A stretch of DNA of 44,246 bases from Escherichia phage K1E: sequence record KY435490. One strand, written 5' to 3'. The number at the start of each line of letters is the position of its first letter. Positions within the stretch are counted from its first letter, which is position 1. This document shows positions 17,841-27,621 of this stretch, piece after piece. A program made the translations under genes and the position numbers. The notes beneath the pieces were generated by a model. That model was not told the origin of the DNA and made no database searches. It was given only the letters and a program-made list of their open reading frames with translations.

Positions 17841-19043
17841 TTACTCAGTAGGTTTCATTGCAGTCGGCTTAATGTCATTAGCCATCACTGCACGTACAGC
17901 AGCAACCAAGTCTTCAGCAGGCAAGCTAGCAGCAGCGAAAGCACCTGCAGGGGCAGCATTCTTAACGTAGACAGCTTTGCGCTGTGCACGGTTCAGAACC
18001 TGAGTGTGCTGTGCAGCATTACCAGAGTCAACTGCTCCAGTGCTTTGACGCTTGGTAGTAACAACCGACACAGCCTCCCAACGGTCAGGGATTGCACCTT
18101 CTGACATGAAGGTGTCGATGTAGTAGGTCTTCTCTTTCTTCTCATAGAAGATATCACCAGTTACGTCGATAGAGCGACCAACCAGCAATGCATCAGCAGT
18201 GAACAGAACAGCGATAGCACCGTTCATTTCTGCAATCGGGTCATAACGATAGCCGTTATCTTCGTTAGACAGAAGGTGATGTTTCTGCCCCTGAGAATAT
18301 TTAGGGAAGCGGTTAGACGGGATCACCGGACAATTGTAGGAAGACAGTACGAAGCCCTGGATAGTAGCACCGGACTGGCTAATCGTGTAGCTCTTATCAA
18401 CAATACGGTCTGCGTCACGCAGTACGTTGAAGTAACGCCATGGCATCAGAATAGCTACATCAGAGATATCAACTTCCTGCTCAAGCTGCTGCTCCAGAGC
18501 AAACTCTACAGCTGCCATTACATACTGTGGGTTAACCAGTGCTTCTCCTTCATTGACCTCTACGTTTACAGAGAAGCCATGACCTTTCACACGAGGATTT
18601 GTGCGCTTGGCCTGAGTGTTGGCAATACCGCCCAGCAGCATCTGCTGAATAAGCATCTCGTCTTCCATCTTCTTAAGCTGCTTAGCTTGGTTGGTAGCCA
18701 GCTTCGGTTTCAGGCTGTCAATATCACCCTGTACATCATGCAGGTGTGCAACGGTGTTACGCGCGATAACAGTGGCATCAATTACCAGTTGGTTTTTATC
18801 GGCCTGAGTGGAGGTTGCAGCCGGAGACTGGCCCGGTGCTAGAACCTGCAACTCGGTTTCACCCAAGTACTTGTTGCTTACAGTGTTAGTACCAGTTACA
18901 GTATGAACATCGAAATAAGACATGATATTCTCACCTTTCAGGTACTGCTCATTTACCTTACCATTGAATTTCTCAATGAGAAGGCTGTCTACCTCACCGG
19001 AAGCGGAAACTGCAACGTTGGTCAGGTTATTCGGCGTAGACAT
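17841..19043 (-). CDS. Major capsid protein (gp10-like)
   Basis: 400 aa; GGAGG RBS; promoter and 5' hairpin upstream; terminator downstream. Confidence 0.9.
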   Translation of the reverse strand: MSTPNNLTNVAVSASGEVDSLLIEKFNGKVNEQYLKGENIMSYFDVHTVTGTNTVSNKYLGETELQVLAPGQSPAATSTQADKNQLVIDATVIARNTVAHLHDVQGDIDSLKPKLATNQAKQLKKMEDEMLIQQMLLGGIANTQAKRTNPRVKGHGFSVNVEVNEGEALVNPQYVMAAVEFALEQQLEQEVDISDVAILMPWRYFNVLRDADRIVDKSYTISQSGATIQGFVLSSYNCPVIPSNRFPKYSQGQKHHLLSNEDNGYRYDPIAEMNGAIAVLFTADALLVGRSIDVTGDIFYEKKEKTYYIDTFMSEGAIPDRWEAVSVVTTKRQSTGAVDSGNAAQHTQVLNRAQRKAVYVKNAAPAGAFAAASLPAEDLVAAVRAVMANDIKPTAMKPTE

Positions 19044-19096
19044 TAATAAACCTCCTTATAAATCAAATTGATAATTTAGGGAGACATTTCTCCCTT

Positions 19097-19114
19097 CTAT
19101 AGTGTCCAGTAAAT
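19097..19114 (-). promoter_or_regulatory. Phage RNAP promoter (ATTTACTGGACACTATAG) for the capsid gene
   Basis: Exact consensus; transcript starts GAAGGGAGAAATGTCTCCC (5' hairpin). Confidence 0.75.
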
Positions 19115-19119
19115 ACTGA

Positions 19120-20040
19120 TTAAAGTCCGCGAGCCATACCCGCACGGCGGCGAGCATCCAGCTTAGCCTGATACTCAGCAGCAGCTTTCTTGTCTGTACC
19201 GAAGCGGGAACCCAGCGTCATCATCTCACGGAGATACTGCTCGCGAGACAGGGGTCCATTATCCTCAGATGCGGCAGCAGGTGCAGATGGCTCAATCAAG
19301 TTTGGCTTGTCATCACCCTGTGCAGCTTTACGGCGGCTTTCTAGTTCACGCACAGCATATCGCTGGAGGTATTGGTTGCCAGACTCCATCACCGCATTGA
19401 ATGCCGTGAGTTCGTCATCGGACAGCGCTTCCAGCGCCCACGCCTCAAGACGGGACCAACCCTCTTCGCCACCAACTTCCTTAGAAACATCAGAGAAGCG
19501 CTGAGTGTTAGCTGCTTCAAGTTCCTTTGCAGCATTGGCTTCCTTCAGGAAGAAGGCTTCATTCTGCGCTTTCAGGCCAGACAAGTAGGCGTCTACTGCA
19601 AACTTGCCAAAGGCATCATACAGCTTCTGCTTGGTTGCATCGGACAATTCAAACTTGCCATCTTTGGCATAGAGTTCCTTGGCAACCTGCTTAGCATCAA
19701 TACCTTTCTCTTTAAGGCTATCAGTAACATCCTGTGGTATATCTACTGTTACTTCATATTCTCCGAAGAAGTACTGCACTTCCTCAGTGTCGGTCGCGGT
19801 ATCATCTGGCTTAGATTCACCATTCTCTCCGCCATTGTCTCCTTCTTCTGAAGGTTGTCCAGAAGCTTCTCCTCCGGAGCCTTCAGTAGATTGTGCACCA
19901 GCATTGTCATCTTGTACAGAAATGCCAGCATCAGCAGGAACATCAGTAGTAGCAGCATCAGTTGTTACCTCCTTGGTTTCTACCGGATTTTCTTCAGCAG
20001 TAGGATGAGTGGTTGACGGTTCAGTAAATGAGAAAGACAT
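19120..20040 (-). CDS. Scaffolding protein (gp9-like)
   Basis: 306 aa, acidic and low-complexity; between portal and capsid. Confidence 0.8.
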   Translation of the reverse strand: MSFSFTEPSTTHPTAEENPVETKEVTTDAATTDVPADAGISVQDDNAGAQSTEGSGGEASGQPSEEGDNGGENGESKPDDTATDTEEVQYFFGEYEVTVDIPQDVTDSLKEKGIDAKQVAKELYAKDGKFELSDATKQKLYDAFGKFAVDAYLSGLKAQNEAFFLKEANAAKELEAANTQRFSDVSKEVGGEEGWSRLEAWALEALSDDELTAFNAVMESGNQYLQRYAVRELESRRKAAQGDDKPNLIEPSAPAAASEDNGPLSREQYLREMMTLGSRFGTDKKAAAEYQAKLDARRRAGMARGL

Positions 20041-21589
20041 TACGCCTCCTTAAGTTCTTGTTGAATTACACCCGGCACGGCCTTAGCCACACCTTCTTCA
20101 AGCATCTGTGCTTGCTGTGCTTGCATCTGTGCTTCCTGTTCTTGTTCCATCTCTTCAGCCGATTTAAGGAACGGCAGTTCAGCAGAGATTTGACCACGCA
20201 CCCAATCCATATAGTCAGGCCATTTCACAGCAGCTAGGACAGGCTCAGGCCATTGTAATGGCAGTGACATATACTGAGCAAAGTTAGCCAGTTTATCCAA
20301 CTCAGCCATGCGTCCTAAAGCTTCAATACCTGTGATAATCACAGGGTCCACTAAGTCACTAGTGAAGGACTCCCCTGCCTCCAGCAGACCCCACATCGCT
20401 ACTGGCGATTGCATAGTAGTAGCAAAGAGGGAGTATACACCACCCATGTTCTGCTCAATCTCTAACGCATCTCGCTGGATTTCTACAGCAGTAACACGTT
20501 CGGCGTCACGGCGTGTCATTGTCTCCATCATGAAGACAACACCGATACGGCGAGTGTATACCTCTAGAACCGCGCTAATAGGTGTGAGGTCTGCGTACTT
20601 ACCTAACTGTACAATATGGATGTCTTCTTCTACACCAGTGACAACCTCACCAGTGCCAGAGTTAACAAAGTGGTCAACATCAGTTTGAGCACCCGGACGA
20701 ATCAGGTACTTGATATCTGCCATCAGCGCAGCACCACGGGCAACCGCTTCAGATAAGAATTGGATAACGAATAAATCACCGGAGTAATCCTCTGCTAAAG
20801 GACGACCCCAATCCTCACCATAGCTTCGCTTCCAAGTTAGCGGGATAAATGGTAGCTTTTCTGATTTGATTTTACTTACCTTACCAACAGGGATATCATC
20901 AGCAGATTGCTTGAGTTCCCAAAAACCCTCACCAAGATACTTAGCATGTGTGTACAGCTTAATGCTGTCATCTTCCTTGCATTTCTTACCTTTCAGGCCA
21001 ACCTCTACTACAGCACGTGTAGCTGGGTCAAAGGTGCGTAAGGCTTTCTCTTGCAGTAAGATAATGTCTAACAGGTCGCCATTGGTATCACGGTTAACTA
21101 CATAGTGATGCATTGGGATAGCACTGATTGCACCTTTGCTCGGCTTGTATAGCATACAGCTACCAGCAACAATAAGATGCTTGAATGCTTCCACTACAGC
21201 AGGCCGGAATTGACGTTGCTCTAACTCTTTCATTGCCCGTGTTTCCACTTGAGCGAAGATGGTAGCTAGCTCTGTCTTCTTCAGGCCACGCTGATTAAGA
21301 ACCTTCTCACCTTGTGCAGTTAAGTCTACACGGAAGAAGGAACGCTGTGCAGGGAATAGTACTTGCGCTAGCTTGTTGGCTAGATGATTAGTTGCCTGAG
21401 CACCTACACCTTGCCATCCATCTGCGAAGTCTCGTTATCACCTTTGTCATTCATCAGATAGGGCAAGGTTAATTTGGAGTAATGCTTCGCCCTATCAAGG
21501 AAAGAGCTACGTTTAGTGGAGAACTTCTCCCATAGCTTAGGTATCTTAGACCGCTTACCTCCATACTCCAAATCTGTGCTCTGTTTCAT
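20040..21589 (-). CDS. Portal protein (gp8-like), with an apparent 1-nt frameshift between about 21407 and 21434
   Basis: ORF 21404..21589 aligns to the T7 portal N-terminus; ORF 20040..21248 (frame open up to 21434) aligns to the rest (...DGWQGVGAQATNHLANKL...); total 1550 nt, not a multiple of 3. Confidence 0.85.
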
Positions 21590-21590
21590 A

Positions 21591-21800
21591 TTACACCTTC
21601 AAGCTAGAAGCTACCGGACGGACAAGGCCGCGCTTACCTTTTGCAGATGCAGTCGCATCATCACCACCTGCACCAATTTGAATATCTTCAGCTTCAGTCT
21701 CAGGCTTACGCTCAAGCTGCTGTGCTGGGACTTTGGCTTCAATACGTGGTGCATCTTGAGCAAGACCGATAGCCTTAAATGCTTTCTTTACAACACCCAT
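21591..21800 (-). CDS. Small protein upstream of the portal (T7 gp6.7/7.3 position)
   Basis: 69 aa; position only. Confidence 0.45.
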   Translation of the reverse strand: MGVVKKAFKAIGLAQDAPRIEAKVPAQQLERKPETEAEDIQIGAGGDDATASAKGKRGLVRPVASSLKV

Positions 21801-21809
21801 GTTATCTCC

Positions 21810-22271
21810 TTAGAACTTCAGGTTGTACACAGTGCCAAACGGTTCAAAGCCAAGTCGCTTATACATACGTCCGACACGTTCTTCATTAATACCAGAGGCG
21901 ATAGACAGGCGAACCTCAGAGCATTCATTATCACTAGCCCATTGCTTTAGGGCTTTGATGAGACGCATACCAAGTAGGGTTCCTCGCTTCTCTGGTATAA
22001 TATAAAAGAGAATGTCAGAGGCAACCATTACAGGTGTCCAAGGGGCCAACTCGTGATAGCCAGCCCACAGGAACCCTACAATCCGCCCTTCATCTACAGC
22101 AACCCATAGGAATAAATCTTCTCTACTAAGAGATGCACAAAGGTTATGTGCACTTTGTTCTGCATTCCATGAGGCTGAGTGATGGGCTACAACCTTGACT
22201 TCCTCTTCCACATACTTATTCCCAAGGTTTATAATCTCAGGAATATCTAGGAATGAAGCTGGACGTATCAT
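21810..22271 (-). CDS. GNAT-family N-acetyltransferase
   Basis: ...IIPEKRGTLLGMRLIKAL... acetyl-CoA-binding motif; ATG at 22271 overlaps the upstream stop (ATGA). Confidence 0.7.
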   Translation of the reverse strand: MIRPASFLDIPEIINLGNKYVEEEVKVVAHHSASWNAEQSAHNLCASLSREDLFLWVAVDEGRIVGFLWAGYHELAPWTPVMVASDILFYIIPEKRGTLLGMRLIKALKQWASDNECSEVRLSIASGINEERVGRMYKRLGFEPFGTVYNLKF

Positions 22272-22450
22272 TGGACCACCAGTTGTGCTCTGACACAATC
22301 CATTATGTAACGCTTAACTTCATCTACGATTAATTCTTCGTGAGTCTTAGTCACCTTCGGAGAAGAAGGCTTGAGAATCATCTCAAGCATCTCCATACCC
22401 TCAAATGAAATCGTCGGTTTCTTCTTCGTCTGTACCATAGAGTTCTTCAA
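22268..22450 (-). CDS. Hypothetical small protein (60 aa) translationally coupled to the GNAT gene
   Basis: ORF with 4-nt overlap to the GNAT start. Confidence 0.35.
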   Translation of the reverse strand: MKNSMVQTKKKPTISFEGMEMLEMILKPSSPKVTKTHEELIVDEVKRYIMDCVRAQLVVQ

Positions 22451-22616
22451 CCTTCTCTTGGATAGCTTCTACAGAAAGACCAAGCTCTTCTGCATCAGCC
22501 AGTAAAGTATACGGCAATTCCATGCCACAGGATAAAGTTTCAAAGATAGCTTCTGCTACCTCAACTGCACGAGTTGCCTTCATGCTATCAAAAGAAATCT
22601 GGTTCATCTTTGTCAT
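22401..22616 (-). CDS. Hypothetical acidic protein (71 aa)
   Basis: ORF following the ligase; acidic C-terminus. Confidence 0.4.
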   Translation of the reverse strand: MTKMNQISFDSMKATRAVEVAEAIFETLSCGMELPYTLLADAEELGLSVEAIQEKVEELYGTDEEETDDFI

Positions 22617-23535
22617 GTCTTAATTCTCCCGCTTTGGGCAGACGAATGTTGCCCTTGCTTGAATCCTGAAGACCTTTTACTTCAAAGATTTTACCAATGA
22701 CATTCAATCGTCCACCATGTTTAATATCGTGGAACATCTGTTCTGCATCTGCATGAGTCCACCCTTTACCTAACATAGCTTTGATTGTCTTGCCTCCTTT
22801 CCATTTGAAAATGAGGTTAGCTACCTTACCTTTGTACTTACCTTTGCCTTCTTCAAAGCCAATACAAGTAAGGTCATAAGTTACCTTACGGACTTCTTTA
22901 GTCTGACGATAACCTTTGTGGCCTGCTTCATAATCACAGTCCAGTTTAAACACAGCACCCTCTCGGCCTGCGTCTATTTGCTCTTGCGCAAACGCTTCAA
23001 CTTCTCGCTCATTATGGCAAGGAGTAATAGGAAGGATAGCGTTGTACCCGCTAAGATGAGCGCCGATGCGACGATGTAAAGCATAGTAACGTTTGAGATA
23101 AGAAACATCAGTGAATCCATCATGGAATGCCTTAATAGTTAACATATCGAAGAAGTCAATATACAGGTTGTCTTTAATCTGCTGGCCTATGAAATCCAGT
23201 GGCTCAGTGCGGTTAGGGTTAACTACTCCAGAAAGTGCTTCAAGGTAGACATCAATAGCCATAGATTGCAACTCACCGAGATAAATGCCAGTAGGGAAAG
23301 CTGAATAAGATTCTTCCAAGGTTTCCGTGTTAGCCAGTTTCTTTCCAGTGCGTCCAAAGATACCAACGACACCATCGTTGCGAACAACCACAGCACTAAA
23401 TATACCATCTCGTTTTACCTGTGCATAACATGGAAAAGTTAATTTCTTCTCAGGTACTTCACCGCGATGTTTCACCAGCATGAATGGGTGATTGCGGTGG
23501 TCTTCTGGAAGACCTAGGAATTGGAATATATTCAT
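22588..23535 (-). CDS. ATP-dependent DNA ligase
   Basis: KRDG (motif I), EGAVFK (motif IV), LIFKWKG (motif V). Confidence 0.85.
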   Translation of the reverse strand: MNIFQFLGLPEDHRNHPFMLVKHRGEVPEKKLTFPCYAQVKRDGIFSAVVVRNDGVVGIFGRTGKKLANTETLEESYSAFPTGIYLGELQSMAIDVYLEALSGVVNPNRTEPLDFIGQQIKDNLYIDFFDMLTIKAFHDGFTDVSYLKRYYALHRRIGAHLSGYNAILPITPCHNEREVEAFAQEQIDAGREGAVFKLDCDYEAGHKGYRQTKEVRKVTYDLTCIGFEEGKGKYKGKVANLIFKWKGGKTIKAMLGKGWTHADAEQMFHDIKHGGRLNVIGKIFEVKGLQDSSKGNIRLPKAGELRHDKDEPDFF

Positions 23536-23649
23536 ACAGCTTCTTCCTCTTCAATGGTGGTGTCGCAGCTATGACAGAAGTAGAAATGATAAGTATCTGA
23601 CATAACTACATGTTCTGTTTCTTCACTTCCACAATTAGGACAAGTCATA

Positions 23650-24120
23650 TTAAATATCCTCATCAATACATTCGTGACGATGCTTCTGGAATAGCTCTTT
23701 GTAGTAGTCTGCTTTCTTCAGATCTTCTTCCGTGTTGAATTTCTTCCCTGCACGCAGACGATACTTCAAAGCATTACCCATGCAATATCCAGCAAATTGC
23801 TTCTCGGTCATACTACGAGCAATGATAGTGATTGCCTCTACCCCATCGAAGAACTCATAGTGCTTAGGCTTAGTAACCATATTGTTGTCCAACGTGCTAG
23901 GATCTTCATCTTGCAATGAGTCAACAACCTTGAAGTAAGGTGCATACCATTCGCGCTTCTCAACACCTTCTAACATAATAGAGTTATAATTAGGTTCTGC
24001 ACGGGATACTTTGAATACCCCATCTGGTTTCTTGCCTAGGCTTTCACACAGTTTATTCCAGATGGCATCTCGGTAAGCTGCACGGCGTACGACGTATTCG
24101 CCAATATAAATCTTTGACAT
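23650..24120 (-). CDS. Hypothetical protein (156 aa)
   Basis: ATG at 24120 after GGAGG; promoter upstream at 24177..24194. Confidence 0.55.
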   Translation of the reverse strand: MSKIYIGEYVVRRAAYRDAIWNKLCESLGKKPDGVFKVSRAEPNYNSIMLEGVEKREWYAPYFKVVDSLQDEDPSTLDNNMVTKPKHYEFFDGVEAITIIARSMTEKQFAGYCMGNALKYRLRAGKKFNTEEDLKKADYYKELFQKHRHECIDEDI

Positions 24121-24176
24121 AATTAATTCCTCCATTCACTATACAATCAAGGGTAAGCTAATACCTACCCTTTGTT

Positions 24177-24194
24177 CTATAGTGTCAACTAAAT
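24177..24194 (-). promoter_or_regulatory. Phage RNAP promoter (ATTTAGTTGACACTATAG)
   Basis: Consensus variant, 57 nt upstream of the start at 24120. Confidence 0.6.
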
Positions 24195-25195
24195 CTTACC
24201 AATCCAGCGATTGTCACTATTGGTCTGCATCGGGACAATGTGCGGCACACCCTCCAGAATAACCACACAACCTAATGCTGGCTTGTATTTGGACTCACGA
24301 CCATAGGCAAATGCACGAGATGACTCATCAATCAAACAGCCGCCCTGCACAGCCCAATACTGTTCATGTGTATTACGTGCGTACTCCACAGACATCTTAC
24401 CATGCAAGTGACCACACACAAGGTTCATACGCTCATGCGCTGCATCTGCTAAGACAGAGCCAGCAGGTTGATGCTTGAATGCTACCTGTTCACCATTCGG
24501 CAACTCAAGTACGTGTGTATGTTGCCAATCCCACTGGTCGCCACCTCCATTTGGGAAGAAGACTTCACGGTATGTACGAAGATATTGCACTGGAATACCC
24601 TTGGCGCTTGCCTTACGGAAGTGCATAGAGCGTGATTAGAATGACACAGGCGCATCACAGGAAACATCTTGTGCAACTTGTGCATGAAGACACGAGCCTT
24701 CTCTAATTCCATGCCAGCACTGTCCAGATTTGGGTCCGAATCGTGGAACGATAAGGCATGTTTGTCTGCCTCATCTCCAAGATGAACCACCGTATCAGGA
24801 CGGTAACGTGCTGCCACTGCTGCAAGGAACTCTAAGGTATCTGGGTGCTCATACGGTGCATGGGTATCAGGGATTACCAGTACACTTCGATGAGGCGAGT
24901 CAGGCAATGGTACAATAGCCAAATCCTCGTAGCGGTCAGGAGTCCTGAGCTTACGCTCTTCCTTGATACGCTTATCCTCTTGCAGAAGGGTCTGGTAGTA
25001 ATCACCATTCTTCTTGGTCTTCTTGAATTGACCATGCCAGTATCGAGCCAACTGGCGGGTAATCTTCTTACCCACAGGGTGACACGATAATACCCGTGCC
25101 ATCTCGTTGTAGTTGACATTACCTTTCTCGTCGGTAGCTTGCTCGATTGCATCAAGTACCTCGGAGTCTTTGTACAAGCTGCGAAGCTTACCCAA
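24189..25195 (-). CDS. Calcineurin-like metallophosphoesterase (Ser/Thr phosphatase-like), with an apparent 1-nt frameshift near 24620..24650
   Basis: Upstream frame has DTH, GDEAD and SNH motifs; downstream frame (ORF 24189..24626) has GHLHG; probable TTG start at 25195 after AGGAGG. Confidence 0.6.
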
Positions 25196-25601
25196 CTTTA
25201 ACCTCCTTCTTCTTTCTTGCATAAGCAAGGCGTGCCTTACGGTTCTTAGCCTCGCGCTTCTCTGCCTCCGTTTGATGTTTATGATAAATCTTATCAGTCT
25301 GAGGCTTACTATGTAACTTCCAGTATTCATACAATCTCTCTAACCATTGAAGCTGGAAGTAACGGTTATTACCCGCCTTGCCATAACCAGAGATAACACC
25401 CTTAATCTTCCCTTCCGCACCATTGCAACCTCGGCATACAACAGCACGGCAGAATCCTGTCTCATGGTCATGGTCAAGTACACGGTTTACAGGTGTGACA
25501 GCTTTGAGACTGCCACCACACAGAGGGCATTTCCATCCTTGCTTATCTAGCAATTCCTTCTTATAAGCTGCCACCTCCGATGCTTTTAATTTGCTAACCA
25601 T
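25188..25601 (-). CDS. Endonuclease VII-like Holliday junction resolvase
   Basis: ...CPLCGGSL...VLDHDHETGFCRAVVCRGCNGAEG... resembles T4 endonuclease VII. Confidence 0.8.
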   Translation of the reverse strand: MVSKLKASEVAAYKKELLDKQGWKCPLCGGSLKAVTPVNRVLDHDHETGFCRAVVCRGCNGAEGKIKGVISGYGKAGNNRYFQLQWLERLYEYWKLHSKPQTDKIYHKHQTEAEKREAKNRKARLAYARKKKEVKVG

Positions 25602-26623
25602 TCCGCATCATCTCCCCACAAGATTGGGTTCTTATCGGCTCGCCATATATCACCTTTGAACCTAGCCATGTGAGCTAAGCGACCGCATTCAAGCATAAGG
25701 TCAAAGGCTTTGCCCACCCGATAACCACCTCGGTAATTCTTAATCTTAACCTGTCCATGACCGAACTTATCTTTGTAAGCACCAAGCACTGCCATGTACA
25801 ATTCTTTCTCTGTCTTACAACCTTTGAGAAGATCATAGGCATATTTAGCACCACGACCAGGTATGCCAGCATAGTTATCAATATCATCACCGATAATCAT
25901 CTGTGCATAATGGAACATAAGGCCAGCACCTTTTAGGTCTTTGACTTGACCATTAGCTTTGCGGCGTAACTCAAGCCAGCCCATAGGCTCTACCCACTTC
26001 TTCTCTTGACCCGGCTGTAGATGCCAACCGGGAACAATCATCAAATCCTTATCCAAGGAAACGATGCAAGTATCAGAGAATGCTTTATGCTCTGGACTGC
26101 CGATAGGGAACTCGTTACCTGTATCTTGCTGGAAGCGGCGGTGGCTGTCCCATTGTGCGATGCTCATGAGGTCATCAGCTTCCTCACCATCTGCCAAGAT
26201 TGCACCGTGAACCTCTAAGAGATGCTCTCGCAATTCATAGAAGAACGGAGGCTTCTCGGTCTTACGTTGACCCTTATAAGGCTTTGTGAATGCTAGGCGG
26301 ACACGGAAGTTAGCTTCTGATTTCGTCATGAATAGCTTAGCTGCATCACACTCTGCTGCATACACCCAAGAGTTAAGCAAGGAGTTCACACGGTCACATG
26401 CTTGCTTACACTCAGGTGTATCTTTGATTGATGGGACTTGTCCTGACTTAACACGAGTTGTGGCTCGTAAATAAGTCATGTCACTGATTGTATAACCTAC
26501 GATGTAGGGTAACATATCAGCATCTATTAAAGCGATTCGATTACCTTCAGTCGGCCACAGGATGAGATTATTGTCTTCCGATACTGTAGCTCCGAAGTCG
26601 AAGTTTGGTCGCATGTAGGCCAC
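25586..26623 (-). CDS. 5'-3' exonuclease (T7 gp6-like)
   Basis: 345 aa; IALIDADML and KPYKGQR motifs. Confidence 0.8.
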   Translation of the reverse strand: MAYMRPNFDFGATVSEDNNLILWPTEGNRIALIDADMLPYIVGYTISDMTYLRATTRVKSGQVPSIKDTPECKQACDRVNSLLNSWVYAAECDAAKLFMTKSEANFRVRLAFTKPYKGQRKTEKPPFFYELREHLLEVHGAILADGEEADDLMSIAQWDSHRRFQQDTGNEFPIGSPEHKAFSDTCIVSLDKDLMIVPGWHLQPGQEKKWVEPMGWLELRRKANGQVKDLKGAGLMFHYAQMIIGDDIDNYAGIPGRGAKYAYDLLKGCKTEKELYMAVLGAYKDKFGHGQVKIKNYRGGYRVGKAFDLMLECGRLAHMARFKGDIWRADKNPILWGDDAEWLAN

Positions 26624-26799
26624 TCCTTCAAGAAGGAGGACACCGCATCATGGAGGTTCTGTCTTAACCAATAGTCATCCCATTGTCTCACCTCCACTAG
26701 CTTCTCACCAGTTTTGTAATCATAGGCAACCCCAATATACTGTCTGGTGATTGCATTGTAGCTAATGTCCAGTTCAATTCGAGATTCAATAGTCGGCAT
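26527..26799 (-). CDS. Hypothetical protein (90 aa), 3' end overlaps the exonuclease start
   Basis: ORF only. Confidence 0.35.
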   Translation of the reverse strand: MPTIESRIELDISYNAITRQYIGVAYDYKTGEKLVEVRQWDDYWLRQNLHDAVSSFLKEWPTCDQTSTSELQYRKTIISSCGRLKVIESL

Positions 26800-26825
26800 A
26801 ATTCATTCTCCAATAACTATTACGC

Positions 26826-26857
26826 AAAAGACCCTGCCTACACTAAGGCAGACAGGG
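26826..26857 (-). terminator. Candidate hairpin plus short T-run after gene 26917..27288
   Basis: Imperfect stem-loop followed on the coding strand by TCTTTTG. Confidence 0.3.
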
Positions 26858-26916
26858 CATTAGATGAGGTGAGCGTGATAGTCAACTAGGACTAACAGAG
26901 GCTACACCTGCTATTA

Positions 26917-27288
26917 TCAAAAATCTTCCTCTTCGCTAACCGGAGCTTCCGGTGCAGACACTTCTACTGCAGGAGCTTCAGCTTCTTCAGCAGCTTTAAC
27001 TTCTTTCACTGGTTTACCAGCAGCAATCCAATCCAGATATTCAGCTACGATGTTAGCCTTCCCGATCTGGGCTTTGTCAGCCTGCTCAGGGAAGCAAGCA
27101 CGAGCGAACTCCAGACCAGCAGCGAAGTTACCCATGCTGTCAATCTTAGCCTGAGCTTCTTCACGGGTATCGTAAGCCTTAGTACCAGCTACCAGTTGAT
27201 CAGCTTCATCGACGATAATGAAAGACTCAACGGATACCAGAGCAGCACCTTTAACAACACGGTTTACGATAGTTTCAATCTTGAACAT
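26917..27288 (-). CDS. Hypothetical protein (123 aa) with acidic C-terminal tail ending in Phe
   Basis: C-terminus ...VSEEEDF; promoter upstream at 27344..27361. Confidence 0.55.
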   Translation of the reverse strand: MFKIETIVNRVVKGAALVSVESFIIVDEADQLVAGTKAYDTREEAQAKIDSMGNFAAGLEFARACFPEQADKAQIGKANIVAEYLDWIAAGKPVKEVKAAEEAEAPAVEVSAPEAPVSEEEDF

Positions 27289-27343
27289 ATTAAATTCTCC
27301 TTTTGTTGGTTATGGCATTATCGCCGATTAAAATTCTTCTCTT

Positions 27344-27361
27344 CTATAGTGTCCAGTAAAT
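27344..27361 (-). promoter_or_regulatory. Phage RNAP promoter (ATTTACTGGACACTATAG)
   Basis: Exact consensus. Confidence 0.7.
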
Positions 27362-27376
27362 ACCGGACACCGATTT

Positions 27377-27392
27377 GTCTCACACGTGAGAC
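27377..27392. repeat. Palindrome GTCTCACACGTGAGAC (copy 2, central variant)
   Basis: Intergenic, 15 bp upstream of promoter 27344..27361. Confidence 0.55.
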
Positions 27393-27393
27393 T

Positions 27394-27612
27394 TTATAAA
27401 ACTGTGTTCACCTGAGCAATGTCATGCGCCGGAAGCGATACGCCGTGGCGTTTCCCCGTAGCTGGGTCGCTGTAGTTCACCACGTGCTGTCCGTCGCGCC
27501 AGATGTAGTGCAGGTCGGCATATGTGTCCCCTTCAGAGAAGGAGTGAAAAGTGTTGCCGCCAAGAGTTGTAATTCCTTTCTTGCAGTGCAGGGTTACGAT
27601 TTGTACTTTCAT
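27394..27612 (-). CDS. Hypothetical protein (72 aa)
   Basis: ORF only. Confidence 0.4.
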   Translation of the reverse strand: MKVQIVTLHCKKGITTLGGNTFHSFSEGDTYADLHYIWRDGQHVVNYSDPATGKRHGVSLPAHDIAQVNTVL

Positions 27613-27621
27613 CCTTTCTCC

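Noticed and set aside
18276-18842. 188-aa plus-strand ORF
   Set aside because: Antisense to the major capsid gene; no RBS or promoter in that orientation.
21404-21440. Programmed ribosomal frameshift in the portal gene
   Set aside because: No slippery heptamer or downstream structure at the shift site; a single-base indel is the simpler explanation.
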